Source: Raja brachyura (Eukaryota). Taken from it: a stretch of DNA of 64,000 nucleotides. Below are positions 37,579 to 51,269 of the stretch, piece by piece. The stretch's first letter is position 1. Every line of letters begins with the position of its first letter. The notes beneath the pieces were generated by a model. The model did no database searches and was not told the origin of the DNA. It worked only from the letters and a program-made list of their open reading frames with translations. The position numbers and the translations under genes were made by a program. The stretch is taken from contig OY740814.1 in the NCBI GenBank assembly GCA_963514005.1, positions 10,292,001-10,356,000 of the forward strand. The letters are read 5' to 3'.

Positions 37579-40500
37579 GTAAGCTAGACAGCATTAAAAC
37601 TACTAAAATAGAAGGGAATATAGATACGGTATGGAAAGATGGTGAACATAAGTAGTGAGAGGTGCCATGAAACCAAAAGGAAAGAATAAAAGTAAATAGT
37701 ACATTAGACTCAGATCTGCGAGAAATTTCAAACTTGACAAAAGATAAAAAGGATAACAGGTTCATTACACATAGATGGATGGGAAATTACAAAGAAAATA
37801 GAGCAGCGGCAGAACATGACAGTAGCAAATGACAGTACATTTGGCATCCCAGGAAACTAATAAAACAAAATCAAAGACTGGAATCAACTAAGTTTAAGTG
37901 GGATAGAAGATGGTACAGGAAAAATAATGGCACTTAATGACTCACAAATCCGCAGTTCTTCGGGAAAAAAAAGCTATAAAAAGCTATTCCATGTTGTCTT
38001 AGTTCAGGAATTAGCTATTTTGATTGGAAAACAACAAACATTTACTTAAAGAAAGATCTGATTGTTTTAACATAATGGATTGTGAAGGATGTGTTAAAAT
38101 ATGTAATAATGCATAATAGTTGAAGAGTGAGATGATTAGAGGGATCTAGTTCAGGGTAGGTCCAGCTGGACAGATTGGATTTTCTTTTGGGAAGGGGGAA
38201 TTAATGTAGAAGATTGTATTATTTATGGATACAGTTTATGCACTTGAAGGCTTTCAATAAGGTTCAATATAATAAACTGGAATAATAAAAATCCACAGAC
38301 TGAGGTGAAGCTATTGACCTGGGTGGAAATTTAGTTTTAAAGTAAAAGGCAGAGATTATTAATAATTGATATGTACAAGTATTTTGAAAAATAACCTTTG
38401 GTGTCCCTTAAGTATCTGTGCTGGTGTAATAAATGTGTATTCATGAATTAGGTTATGCAACAGAGACCATGTAGGGACAATCTTTTGTATTGCTGCACAA
38501 TGTTTAATGATGCTCCTCTGAACAATTTGAAATGTTTGAATGCATCATGATATAATACAAATACAAGTTGCTGCTGTTATGAATATTTATTGTAAATCTG
38601 TTCTGCACAATTTCCCAGGCTATTGCCACTGCTCCAAGTTATTATAAAGTAAAATTATATAAAATAGCCTTGCATTTCCTGTACAGTCAAAGAATAATGG
38701 GTGATTTGAACCAGATTTGAAGGATTTGGAAAGGAATTGATAAGGAGGACAGAGCAAATCCTTTTCTGCTAGTTGGGAGTTCAAGGATGAAGGAATATTA
38801 GTTTTAACTAGAAGGCAGGCCGCTTGGGAAGTAGTTCTTGATATTGCAAGTAATAGAAGGGTGGAGTATTTGCCCACAAAACATTATCTCTATAAATAAT
38901 TGTAAATCTGAGGTTTCTAATTCCAGTCCAGGATATTGACTGATATAAAATCAAGACGGAGTAGATGGAGTTAAGGCACCAATCATACATAATCTCATAA
39001 AATGTAGCAGAATGTCTTATCCCATTAAAAAAATATATATATTTAAATAGTCTTTTCCACATTTTTAGGAGGATATTCCATCTTAGTGGGCTCCAGAAAA
39101 AAACATGCATTATCCATCTATAAAATTAAATTGTTTTCTTCCTGCTATTACATGTAAGATGCACTATTGATTTAATTTCCATCTACTACAGGTGGCAACC
39201 TGGCACCAGTTGTCTTAACCTGAAGAGAACTCTAAACTGGTAAATCACTGACCTCTAGAATGCCAGAAGCACCTGAATGCCTTCAAGCTGTGGGTATTAC
39301 TAGGTGCTCTTATTGTGTCTTCCAAATGTTGATAGAGACATGCAAACCCAACTTGTAAAATCAGTTTGTTTTGTTGCTTTGTATTGGGCACAGGCCAAAG
39401 GGCGTACTACAACAGCTGGGAGCACTTTGTGTGCTCAGTGTAAAGTTTTAGTCTGTGTCTCCGTTGGAGAGTCACCCACCCTAATTAATAACAACACATG
39501 AAAAGGCCAGATTTCAGCAAATAAACGGCATCATTACTTCAAATTCCAAGTGGAAACAAAAACAGGAATTGATATTAGCAGCAACATAAAATCGGCCTAC
39601 ATTGTACAAAGCAAGAGAGGTGCTTTTTAATTGAGGCAGGTGGTAGATATGTAGGAAGTGAATTTGAGCTAAGAACATTGAAGAATTATATAACATGGCA
39701 GGGTATTGCATGGATGTTCCACTGGTGATCTTGACAGAAGCAATGGAAAGTAGACATACTATTATATCCACAGATAATTAAGGAGGTCCATGCTTGAAGT
39801 TAATTCTCAAGAGTTCGTGTGTGGTGTTGGAAGAAGCTCCTTGGTTTCACGCCCTGTAAGTGCTCCTTCAGGTACATTTTCTTACCACGAGCACCATCTG
39901 CCTCGGATATCTCTCAGTGCATACATCCGATCACTCAGCTCCCAACAGTCTGTATTAATCAGGACTTGAATGTTGGATTGCATCTTCATGCTTAGAGGAT
40001 AGCAGAAAAATAAAAATGACATACGATGGGACATTAAGCAACCATCGCTTAAGTCAGGCCAAGAGGAAAGAGAAAAAGAGGGAGAGGTTCAACATTGTTC
40101 TGTTGCAAAGAGCTCATCTGAAGCAATCTAAGGAAGATGCACAATGAATGCATAGTTAGCAAGCATGCTCGAGATCTCCAAAATGGAGTGTACAACTAGC
40201 TATATTGCAGAGTCTAATCTCTGTTGATTTAGACTTTATTGCAACACAGATAGCAGCCATAAAGGAATAAAGAATAGCAGCAATAGGAATAACAAAGTCA
40301 TACAGAAGAGAGGCCATATAATTCCTCCAAGCCTGTCCAGCATTCACTTAGATCAAGTATTAGTTGCACAAACCAACTTTTGCCACCTCAGCCTTTAGGC
40401 CCTTATATCTTAAAATATAGGCCTGTGCATTCTAATTCTAAAGCTGTAAAGACAAACCCACTATTTGACATTTCCTTCCTGTCCATGTTATTTTTATGAT

Positions 40501-42189
40501 CTTATAAAATGAGATCACTATAGTTCTCATAGTCCTTTCACCATAGTTCTTTAGATATGTAAGACGCCACTAGAACATTTTCCTCCTGAGGATAGTGGAT
40601 TGGCCCTTATCCTATTTGTGTTCTTGATACTTACTAACTTTTCACCATTTTTGAGGTACTCTATTCTACTATTTTAGGTACAAAAACATGCGCCTTGTCA
40701 AGATTGCAATCCATTTTTTGCCATTTTTCTTGTTTCCTTAATCTATTAATATCAATTTAATTCATTGCTTCTACCTAAACCACCCTTAATGGCGTGTATT
40801 GCGGTGGTGTAGGCAACATACCTTTTGTAACATCTGAAAATTTGGAGATGTGGCTTTCCACTCCTTCATCCATGTATCAACAAATGTTGGGAGTAGTTGT
40901 GGTTCCAACGTAGATCCCTGTTGGATCTACTTACATTCTGCCATTTGGACCCCATGTCCTGATGACAGTATGCCATCCTCGTTGTAATAAATGTTGATGT
41001 AAAATATTCATGATTTTTTAATATTTTTATATGTTTTCAAGGAATCCTGCTTTGCTTTGACTTTTCCTAATGTTATAAAAAATATTGATGTTCTTGGTTT
41101 TTCAAGCTTTTACTGTTCTGTGGCCATTTATTGTTCTTGCAATCTATCCTAGTTGACAGGTTCTGGGTGTTGGTTCTTGTATTGAAAGATGCATTTTCTT
41201 TTAATTTCATGTTAAGCTCTACAAATTAGTTGCCAACTGAAACTCTTTCCTCTTGAGGAAAGTATACTGGCACTTATCCCATTAAATTCCTTTATGAATA
41301 CTTCATACTGGTCTTTGTCTTTTTTTCCCCATTACAACTTATTGCAAACCGTCAATGTGTCAGTATTGAAGTGGGCTTGTCTAAGTCTAGAATACTTCAT
41401 GGCTGATTTTTCTATTTTTATTTTAATTACTATATTGATCTTGAATATACTACTTTTAAATAAATATCCATGCACTTTCAGGCTGTTAATGAAATCTGAT
41501 ATATAGCTCATTACTAATATTTCCAGCTATGTTGTCAGCTGTAGAAATGTTTTTGTTGCTGACCACTATCATGATAATTCTTGAGAAATTTACTTCCTTC
41601 CTGATAGGGTTTAACTGCATCTGTATGGAAGTTGAAATCCTACTGCTAATGAATTACTCCACCCTTGTTACACGTATATCAAATCTTAGAATTTGAGTTT
41701 TATGTCTTCAAATGCTACCAAAACAATACACAGTTCCCATCAGCATTTAAACTTATTTCCTATTTCATAATTCTACTTGTAAGGCTTCCAGTGCCAACTT
41801 ACCACGGTAACTAGCTTTCCAATTAATTAGTAATTTTATCATTGACCTCACAATCTCCTCCTCTGGGAATTAGATTTTATTTTGTGCGTCCCCCTCTCAA
41901 AATCCTGCACCATTTTTCTTTCGAGCATTCTAAAAAGGAAACCTGCAAATGCTTGCATGTTCTCAATGTCTCAACTCACACTGAACTGCACGTAGGACTC
42001 CGTCATTGAGAAGTGAGTCAAAATGAGCCTCATCTCCATTGACAAGCATGCATGCATAATTGTCGGCACATTTTTGTGTAATGCTCAGAAAATACTCATT
42101 CAAGGCCAATTGAAGTTCTTGTGTTCAAATCTCATTTAAATATATGTTCATAAATAATTTATGTTTAATGGTTATTAATTTTCACTTCA

Positions 42190-42760
42190 CAGTTGCAGCC
42201 TCGCAGTCCATTTCTCAAACTTGCTCTGCAAGTTAGATCTTTACCCATGCTCCAAATCATAGACTATGTACATTGACAAGTACACTTTGTGAACCATTTT
42301 CTCAATGCACTGACCTGCCTCTCTCTCCAAGTCTACCACCATCAACATCCTAGGGGGTCACCATTGATTAGAAAATCTGCTGGGCCAGACACCCAAGCAC
42401 TGTGGCTACAAGAAAAGGCCAAATGCTTGGTTGGTCTTGGCACCCTAATGCTTTCCACCATCTTATGCTTTCCACCATAAACAAAGCGCGTCTGAAGCAT
42501 TATAAGATGCTCTCCAATTGCCCGGATGAGTGAAGTTCTAGCGATACTCGAGATGCCTGACAGCATCCAGGACAAAGCAGGTCACTTGACTGGTGCTTAT
42601 CAAGCAACCTAAATATTTATTCTCTCCACCACTTCCAAACATTTGTGTAGCGTTGGGGCCCTCGAATGCATTGCAGGTGCGTGCCTGGATTACTTCAACA
42701 GAGCCTTCCAAACCTATGAACTCTACCATCAAGAAGGACAAAGCCAATAGCCATGTCACA
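42190..42760 (+). mobile_element. Old LINE (CR1/L2-like) RT C-terminal fragment
   Basis: Frameshifted ILGVTID-like segment (catcctaggggtcaccattga) and downstream LINE-like remnants. Confidence 0.5.
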
Positions 42761-43214
42761 CACAATCCACTCAGTATTACTCTTTCCTGTCTCGTACTGC
42801 TGCAAGAATGAAAAGTAGTGCAGCTTCAAATTTCTACAAATGCTTTGTAAGATTGTCTACCTAAGATAATCCTAATAATTAAGATGAATTCTGGGGCGAC
42901 TGCCTCTTGGTGTTTAAACACAAACTACATCCTGTAGCCAATGATTTCCTCAATGTAATTTTTTAAAATTCTGATTTTGTGGACTGGGCACTATTGGCAA
43001 AGCCATCATTTATTGTCCTTCCTTGATTGCTCATTGAGGTGGTGATGAACCACCATCAACTTAGTGGTTTGCTGGGCTGTTTCAAGTGGCATTTAAGAGT
43101 CAACCACAAGCAGTGATTAAAGTCGTATATTGCCCAGATCAGCTAATCCTGGCACATTTCATCTCCTGAAGGACGTTTATGAAACTATGGGTTGTTATGA
43201 CGCCAATAATACTT

Positions 43215-43930
43215 ATCAATTATGAGGGGGTTAGTGGAGGGGATTTGGAGAGGCAGGATCTATCTGCATTTGGAAAAGCAAGGACTAATTAGGGATAGTC
43301 AACATGGCATTGCGCATGGGAGCTTGTGTCTCATGAATTTGATTGAGGTTTTGAGGGCGGTTACCAAGAAAATTGACAAGGGTGGAGCTGTAGACGTTGA
43401 CTACATGGACATTAGCAGGGTTTTTTGCAATGCCCTGTATGGTAGGCCAGACTGGAAGGTGAGAACACATGGGATCCAGGAATGAGTCAGTGCATTTCAT
43501 ACAAAATTAGCTTGGTGGAAGGAGTCAGATGGTGACAGTGGAGGATTGTTTTTCAGATTGGAAAGACTTGTAACCAATGGTGTGCCACAGGAATGGTGCT
43601 GCATCCCCTGTGTTGTCATATACATTAACAATATAAATGCCTTGATGGTAACTTTGCGAATGGCACCAAGATTGGTGGTGCGATGAACACTGAGAAGATT
43701 GTCTAAGATTATAATGTATCTAGATTAACTGGAAAAGTGTGTAAATGAATGACAGATGGAAATTAAACTCGTGTGAATTACTGCATTTTGGTAGGTTAAA
43801 GCAAAACAGGAGTATAAAATAGGGCCTTGGGGATGTTGTAAAACAGAGAGACCTAGATGCACAGATACATAGTTGCCTGAAAGTGAGAACAAGAGAGATA
43901 AGGTGGTTAAAAGGGCAATAACGCCTTTAA
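43215..43930 (+). mobile_element. CR1-like RT fragment
   Basis: LIRDSQHGIAHGSLCLMNLIE..AVDVDYMD..WKVRTHGIQ, followed by decayed RT motifs. Confidence 0.85.
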
Positions 43931-45047
43931 ATCTGTTCACAAGGAAGCAAAATTCTGCTGTGTGAAGTCTACCAACGCATTAATTCTTAAATTCTCATAT
44001 TTCTTTATTACAAAAAAGGGAAAAAATGTGATTCAAAAGGGAAACAAAAGGCTTCCATTTTTATAACATCTTCACCACCTGGGATGTCCTAAATGACTTG
44101 TATCTAACAAGATACTTTCTGAAGGTCTGTCATAATTTTGATGAAGGAATGCAATGGCCTCTGTAACTCTACACCAGCACGATGGACGCCTGATCTCCTT
44201 AAAGCAACCAAGGATGGTCAAATATATTATCTTGTCAAAAATGTAAAATGCTAATAACAAATTAAGTTCTCTTGTCTGAACACTTCATAATGGGCCAAAG
44301 CAGTGGTGGGGTTGGGAGTACCCTTCAGAGACTGGCCAGTGGTGGAGAAAAAATCTTCCTTAAATCTCTCTAAAGTTCACAACTTTTACTTCAGGTAATG
44401 TATAAGTCTGCCAGGGGTAAACGTTTCTTACTAATTTAATCTATGCTCCTCAGCTTTGTTTCTCAATCAGATCTCTTCTCAGTCTTCTTCATACTGAGGC
44501 AAACATTCCCATTCTTTCCAGTCTCTCCTGTTAGCTGAAACACTCCACCTCAGCCACATACTGGTAAAAATCCTTTTTCACCCTCGCTAGTGTAATCGCA
44601 ACCTTTCCATGATTGTGCCAGCCAAAATTGCATAAAGCATTCCAGCTGGGGTCCAACTGGAATCTGTACTGTCAATCTGATGCAATTATTAATTCAGGAC
44701 CCCAACTACTTTCTCGAGTGAACATGAAATGTTCTACAGTATCATTTTGAAAGTGAAATAAAAAATGTCCTCAGTATCCATGTCAATATTCATGCCTCGG
44801 TAAATTCGTAAATCAGATTATGTGCATATCATAGTGGTACTTATATACATCAAAACAAAATACTGAGCTGGGACTTTGTGTTTTGGGACATCTTGATACT
44901 GACAAAGGTGTGATCATAAATTCAGTCTGCATTGCATTTTAGAATATATAATAATAATAATAAACAGACAAGTATAAGTATTCATTAAGAGTTACAACCC
45001 ATGTAATTTATTTTTTCAAATCTGAATATTTAATTTTTGTTCTTCAG

Positions 45048-45530
45048 ATGGTGATCAAATTCAAAGCACTCGTTGGAAGTTGTCATACTTCACAGCCAAC
45101 TCATCTGACATATACCCACTGCACAAACGATTTGTACGCAGCACAATACCAAGGAAAGACAAACAGGAGAAAAGTTTGCTGACCATCTACCAGAGAATGA
45201 CAGAAGTAAAAGACATACTACTGCAATGTGAATCTCTTGTTAAAGTGACCAATTATGTTCTGAGAGAAGCTTTGGGGAAAACTTTGGAGTTCTTCCCACT
45301 TCCAACCTGTGACCAGAGGCTGACTAATCAGATTACCAAAGTTGATCCACTCATTCTTGTTAGGGTTAAGATAAAACCACAGTTACTTTACCAAGCCTTA
45401 CACTTCCTGAAAGAGCTAGACTTGCTGGTGGATGCTCATCTAGCAAAAGCGTTCTACATTGTGAAAAAGCTAATGGTTATTAAGCAAGAAATGATATTGG
45501 GAAAGACAAGTAAAACCAATAATGAACATG
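45048..45530 (+). CDS. Putative internal coding exon (161 codons, phase 1-1), unknown helical ectodomain
   Basis: Acceptor tttttgttcttcag|AT, 483 nt open in AT-rich DNA, donor ATG|GTATGT. In frame with the 37.2-kb exon. Contains an NSS sequon and KRFVR|S. Confidence 0.7.
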
Positions 45531-45599
45531 GTATGTATTTGTTTATATTTTCTCCTTCCATGTAGATTTGTTGAGATTCTAAATTTAAAAAGCATATGT

Positions 45600-46450
45600 G
45601 GAATTTTTTGATAAATGTGAATCCAAGGAAACACATTACATATATTTATTGTGTGGAAAACTTCCGATATGTAGGAAGCCACCTGTCAATGATGGTAGAC
45701 CCTAATTATGGAATTCACCATTGCCATCACCACACACGTACAATCTTTGGTTATCTGAGGAAAAGGATGTTTGAAGATCAGACCCTTTTACAAAACTCAT
45801 AGTTTCCCAGGCAGCATTAATCCTGCTCTTCCTTATGTTTCTGAGTCTTTGGTTACCTACAAAACAGTCACATCAAAACACTAAAAGGACACCATCAACA
45901 CTGTCTCTGCAAACTGCTCCAGATTCACCAGAAAGGTAAGTGAGTCAATGTTAGCACCCTCTCCCATGTCAATATTCCCAGTGTTGATGCCCTAGTTACT
46001 CAGTTTGCTCCAATTGAGCAGATCCCGTCATTTGCACTCCCAGCATCAGCTTCTTGCAACGGACACCCTTTTCCGAGTACTGTCACAGAGAGAGATTACC
46101 ATCTTGATTAGGGAGAAAGATTCCACAATGTTCTCAAAACCTGGAAAAGATAAAATTATCACATTGACTTCAGGGAATCACTGGCCCATGCTGTTCTACA
46201 AGTAGAGTAAATTCTTTGATTTTAAACTGAGAACCTAGAGTCAATTGTTCAGAACCACATCGAGCCCAATGGCAAAACCAGAAGAAATACATTACTTCAG
46301 AAATTCTCCTCCTGCCCAATCCAAAGGCACCAATTATTGGAACATATCTGTTTGAGTCTATAAGTTTCATACTGGCCTCAGCAATATGACCTTCAGAACC
46401 TGCAGAATTGGAGTAGCAACAAGTCATCCTTGCCCTGCGAGATAAGGGAT
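45600..46450 (+). mobile_element. RTE-like LINE 3' fragment
   Basis: VENFRYVGSHLS...FGYLRKRMFEDQ resembles the RTE post-RT region. Heavily decayed. Confidence 0.65.
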
Positions 46451-46516
46451 ATATCATTATAAGGCTGAGCCCAAAGAGAAACAAATATGAAGCAAAATAC
46501 TATAATGACAGCTACA

Positions 46517-47073
46517 CAATGTAATTCGATACATTAATCCTTTAGAACGCGGAAATATAATGAACTATCCTTTCTAGTTTTATGGACACTTAACCACCTG
46601 TAGATTGTGTAGGAAAGAACTGCAGATGCTGGTTTAAATCGAAGGTAGACACAGAATGCTGGAGTAACTCAGCGGGTCAGGCAGCATCTCTGGAGAGAAG
46701 GAATGGGTGACGTTTCGGGTCGCTTACACTCCAGCAGTATGAACATTGACTTCTAACTTCAAATAGCCCTTGCTTTGCCTCTCTCTCCATCCTCTCCCCA
46801 TCCCATTTCTCCCACCAGTCTTACTGTCTCCGACTACATTCTATCTCTGCCCCGCCCACTCGCCTGACAGTCTGAAGAAGGGTCTCAACCCGAAACATCA
46901 CCCATTCCTTCTCTCCAGAGATGCTGCCTGACCCGCTGAGTTACTCCAGCATTTTGTGTCTACCACCTGTAGATTGTCAGGTTTGTGTGGATACCACCTG
47001 TAGATTGTCAGGTTTGTGAGGATAATTCATTACATTTCCACGTTCTAAATGATTAATTTATCAAATTACATTG
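46517..47073. mobile_element. Old palindromic MITE-like element interrupted by a Penelope insertion (46609-46961)
   Basis: Imperfect 55-bp inverted arms 46517-46571 / 47019-47073. The inner PLE has an inverted 5' part and is flanked by ACCACCTGTAGATTGT (46593-46608, 46962-46977). Confidence 0.75.
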
Positions 47074-48292
47074 CATTTATGGTTTGTACAAAAACTGAAG
47101 TCTCAGACATACTGACAGACATTTGCTGACATTTTATCCACTTGTCTAATGGATAATGGAAACTTCAGTGCAAAGATGTCACTAGTCACAAGGATTTCAG
47201 TTCAGGAATATGCCATAACAGCCTGTCTCAGAATGGACTGGCATGAAAACTTTCTCCATTATTTCAATGCAGTGGATCTGCTCCAAAATATCACAGTAAC
47301 TCTTAAGTTACTGTATAATTCTTTTGAATTCTTTGAATATATTTATAACATTGAATGTATTTAATTTTTAAGTAAAATATTTGTTTTATTTTTGAAACAT
47401 ACACAGCTGGGGATGGATAGCTTACCCAAAGGACATGTTTTTTCAGCAGTATGTAGCTGGGACCTATTCTGGCCCCACCACATAACAAGATATATATTGA
47501 AGAATTCCCGTGTAGCAGAAGGCCTCATCCATTACTTGAAAGATTTTGTGCCACAATTCCTACTTTTCTAAACCATGCAAAGATAATGTGGTTTGCTGCA
47601 GATGACAAATTTGTTGCTTTTGAGTACTTTTAATTATGAAATAGGAATATGATGCCAGAGGTGGCTTTTCCAATTATCCAATACTTTGAATTCCACTGAG
47701 GATTGAGAATGACTTGCTTCCACTCTTCTGTGTGTCCTGAGATGATGATGAGACTAATGATGGGAATTACAGACTCCAATACAGGAGGGCGGTGGTGCTT
47801 GATGCGAATGTAAGTAGTTTGGGATGTGGTTCACTGCTTATGCCATTTACACTGGGTTTCTGTGCAAGTAATGTTTGTGAATGACGGAGACCAAGGTTGA
47901 CCAACATCTGCGACATCTAAAAGAGGATAGTGCAGGCTTACAAATCATAGCTAATCTTTCTGTAAGAGGTGTAAGTGGAAATAAATAATAAATGGGGACA
48001 GAGAAGAGAGGGACAAAACACTGCTGAAATTTTGAAACGTAGAGGGATGAAAAATTAATGTTGAAGGCAACTGGAAGCACACAGCACTCTTGTCGATGGG
48101 ACAGAGGTGCTCTCACATCTGTATTTAGTTTCTCCGCATCATGAGGACAGAACTCAGTAGATCAAATTGGCAGGAGAGCAAATAATACTTTACCTGGAAG
48201 GGGTCCCAGGATGATGGAATGGGAGGTGATATAAGGAAAGGTGTTGTGTCTGTTACTGTCGCGTGGCAATGGTTGGTTACAATAGAATCACA

Positions 48293-48680
48293 ACAGCACA
48301 GTGGTTGGCACTGTTGCCTCACAGTTTGATCCTGGGCTCAGGTGATGTCTGTAGAGTTTTCACCTTCTTCCCATGACAATGCGATTTTATGCCAGGTTGT
48401 TGGGTGTTCCCCTACATTCCAAAAACATGCTGGTTGGTAAGCTGGAGATTTGTCTGTGTGGAGTTTGCACATTCTCCCTGTGACCACGCGGGTATCCTCC
48501 AGGTGCTTCGGTTTCCATCCACATCACAAAGGTAGATTCATTGGCCACTGTAAATTTTGCTTAACGTGTCAGTGAATGTTAGAATCTGGAGGGGAGTTAA
48601 TGTGAATATGAGGGAAATAAAGTGGGTGCTTGATGGTCAGTAAGGTCTCAATAGGCTGAATAACCCATTTCCATGCTTTA
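48293..48680 (+). mobile_element. V-SINE (HE1-like), partially duplicated
   Basis: gcacagtgg..gtttgatcctg head; gtgtggagtttgcacattctccctgtgacc V-domain seen twice. Confidence 0.7.
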
Positions 48681-48859
48681 TATGTCCTACTCATTACAAT
48701 GTTCTGCACTCACAGCCCCAGTATTGTTTCTTTCTTTTTCTCTTTGTCTTCATTTATCGCCATCTATCTGTTGTGGACCTTTATTGTAGGATGCAGCTTG
48801 ATAGAGGAGCTTTGTTCTAAATATGTTTGGTGTTAGGTCCATTCTCTCATATGTTTCAG

Positions 48860-49023
48860 TGATTACATCATCAACAACTTGGAGCTTGTCCTCAGAACAT
48901 GCGCATACACTAGTGCTGACTGCACACAACAGCTCAACAGCTCAAATCAATTCAAGGAAAACAAGTCAAGTTTGCACAACCAGTTTTCAATGCTGGTATC
49001 ATTTTAGTGAATCTGCACTGTAA
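48860..49023 (+). CDS. Candidate terminal coding exon of the intergenic membrane-protein gene
   Basis: Acceptor ctctcatatgtttcag|TG is phase-1 compatible. Ser/Thr-rich VITSSTTWSLSS..NSSTA..SAL*. AATAAA at 49057-49062, just after the stop. Confidence 0.45.
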
Positions 49024-51269
49024 ACTCTGCAAACCCAATATATCCGAAGGTAGTTTAATAAAACTCCATGAGGCATATGTGTTGAATTTCAACATCTACA
49101 AATCCACATACCTCTCAAACTGGAAATATCCTTGATTCTAATGGGTTCACCTTTAAAGGGCTAAAGTACCTGACATCTTAAGTGAAGGGCTTAACTTAAG
49201 GTCAGAGGAAAGGTCCAGAACTGAAAAGTAATCTATCTATTCCTACACATGTTGCCTAACCCGCTGAGTCCTCCAGCATTTATTTTTTGCTTAAGTGAAT
49301 CCTTGTTTAACATATATTTTAGTAGTGCATTCAAAGGACCAATATTAAAATCTAAATAAATCTTAACCATTTTTTTTCAAAGTTATCTCTACAATTAATA
49401 TCAAATGATCTTTCCGTCAAAAATAAATCGGTGCTCTTTATCATTTTAAGAATATCAAGTGGAACTCCTCATTCTACCCTTTTCCGTTGAAAAAAATGAT
49501 TTCCGGATGCTGATAGCTTAAAACTTTGCTCATTTCTTGACCTTCTCCAAGGCCTCAATTTCCGTCATGTCCATCAAAGTGAGTAAAATTGAGATACATT
49601 TCTAACATCTGCTGTGAGGGTCTGAACAGCAAACCTCTACTGTCTTCATGGTTTATTCCTCATATCATGGCTTATACACAGTGACATTCATTGCATGGTC
49701 ATAGCACCTCTGGGTTCATCATTGGCTAATCATATTGTCTGATAGAATTCTTAAAGTTAAATGTTTTAATTGTACGCATCCCATTCACTAAATCCATTTG
49801 TGTATGTTATTTTTCTAGATGATTTGTCAGAATGTCCCATGCTTTTCCATGTTATGTCTATCCATTTGCTTTGTTTTTACAGTCTTAAAATGGCTGAAAA
49901 GGAACAGGACCCACAGAAAGTCCTTTAAAGGTAGAGTTCGGCCGAGGCCCTTACTTGGTCCAGACTGTGTTATATGTTATTAGTGCATGGCAACTCCAGT
50001 GTATAATGACCATTTCACTTGCTCAAACATCTTGATTTGTACCATTTGTTCCCATTTCTTCCCATTTCTTCCAAATTCTTCCCATTTGTTTCGTGCTCCG
50101 TACCGTTGCACTGACAGGATTTGACACTGAGTAGGTCAATGAGTTTCGTGCTACTATTTATCCCGAATAAATAGATTTTGTTGGACAAATCCTGAATAAA
50201 TTATACACTAATCTCAAAGTATTGCCATCTTTGACAGACAAATTGTTTTGAGTTGTGTTGGACATGATGTTTGATAAATGAATAATATAGATAGGACACG
50301 AGATGAAACACATCATTAAATTCATTCAGACTGGCACCAAACCATAGGGTTCCTTTTTTAATGAGAAAAAAGAGAACTTTTTTTTGATAATAAAATCATC
50401 AAAAGCACAATCAAGAAATTATATTTAGTAGGTGGCCATTAATAGAGAATGACGCACATATATTTACTTTAAAAAGAGGAAATTCCACCCTATCATTAGA
50501 TAAGCTTGGGTGTACTGATGATGTTTAAAAGGTGATAGAAAGTTAGTAACATAAAATCAATTGAGGTAGAAATACCTGTCATTGTAATGTGTTACATGGG
50601 CTGTTTAAAAAAAAATGTCATATGGAATCACTGTTAAAATCAAAAGAAAGATAGCCAACTGATTATTTAGTGTATGCAAGGTGCTCGAGGAACTGAGTAG
50701 GCAGCGCAGCATCGGGGGGGGGGGGAGGGGGGGGGGGGTGGATTTGTGGTGTTTTAGATCACGACCCTTCAGCCAAGACCCGAAACATCACATCTATTCC
50801 CTCCCCAGATGCTGCCTGACCCTCAGAGTTCCTCCAGCATTTTGTGTTTAGCTCAAGATTCCATTAAGTAAGTCGACATTATCGACAGTTTCTTCAGTCT
50901 CCTAGTTATCCAATCTATTATTTATTTAGTTATCCAATCTATTATTTATTTATTTCAATTAATTATATATATATAATATTGCCCCAGCAGGAGAGATAAA
51001 TCATATATTACTGTAATTTTAAACACACCCACTGATGGTGTGCTTTCAGCAACTTTCTCTCTACAGTGCTGCTGGTGCTGCCACCTAATGAACAGTCAGA
51101 GTACCTTTTCTGAAATAAATGACATCTGGTAGCTTGGCCGTTGAGATTATATTTTGCTCCACTTTCAGCAGGCTTACATAAAAGCTGCCCTGAGCAAAAC
51201 TGTTTCTCACTTAGTATTTACTTTATCGTCCTTGGTAAATAGATAATTTGATGTTTCAGAAGCATAAAA

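Noticed and set aside
50903-50950. Two-copy 24-bp tandem duplication
   Set aside because: Ordinary slippage event with no sign of function.
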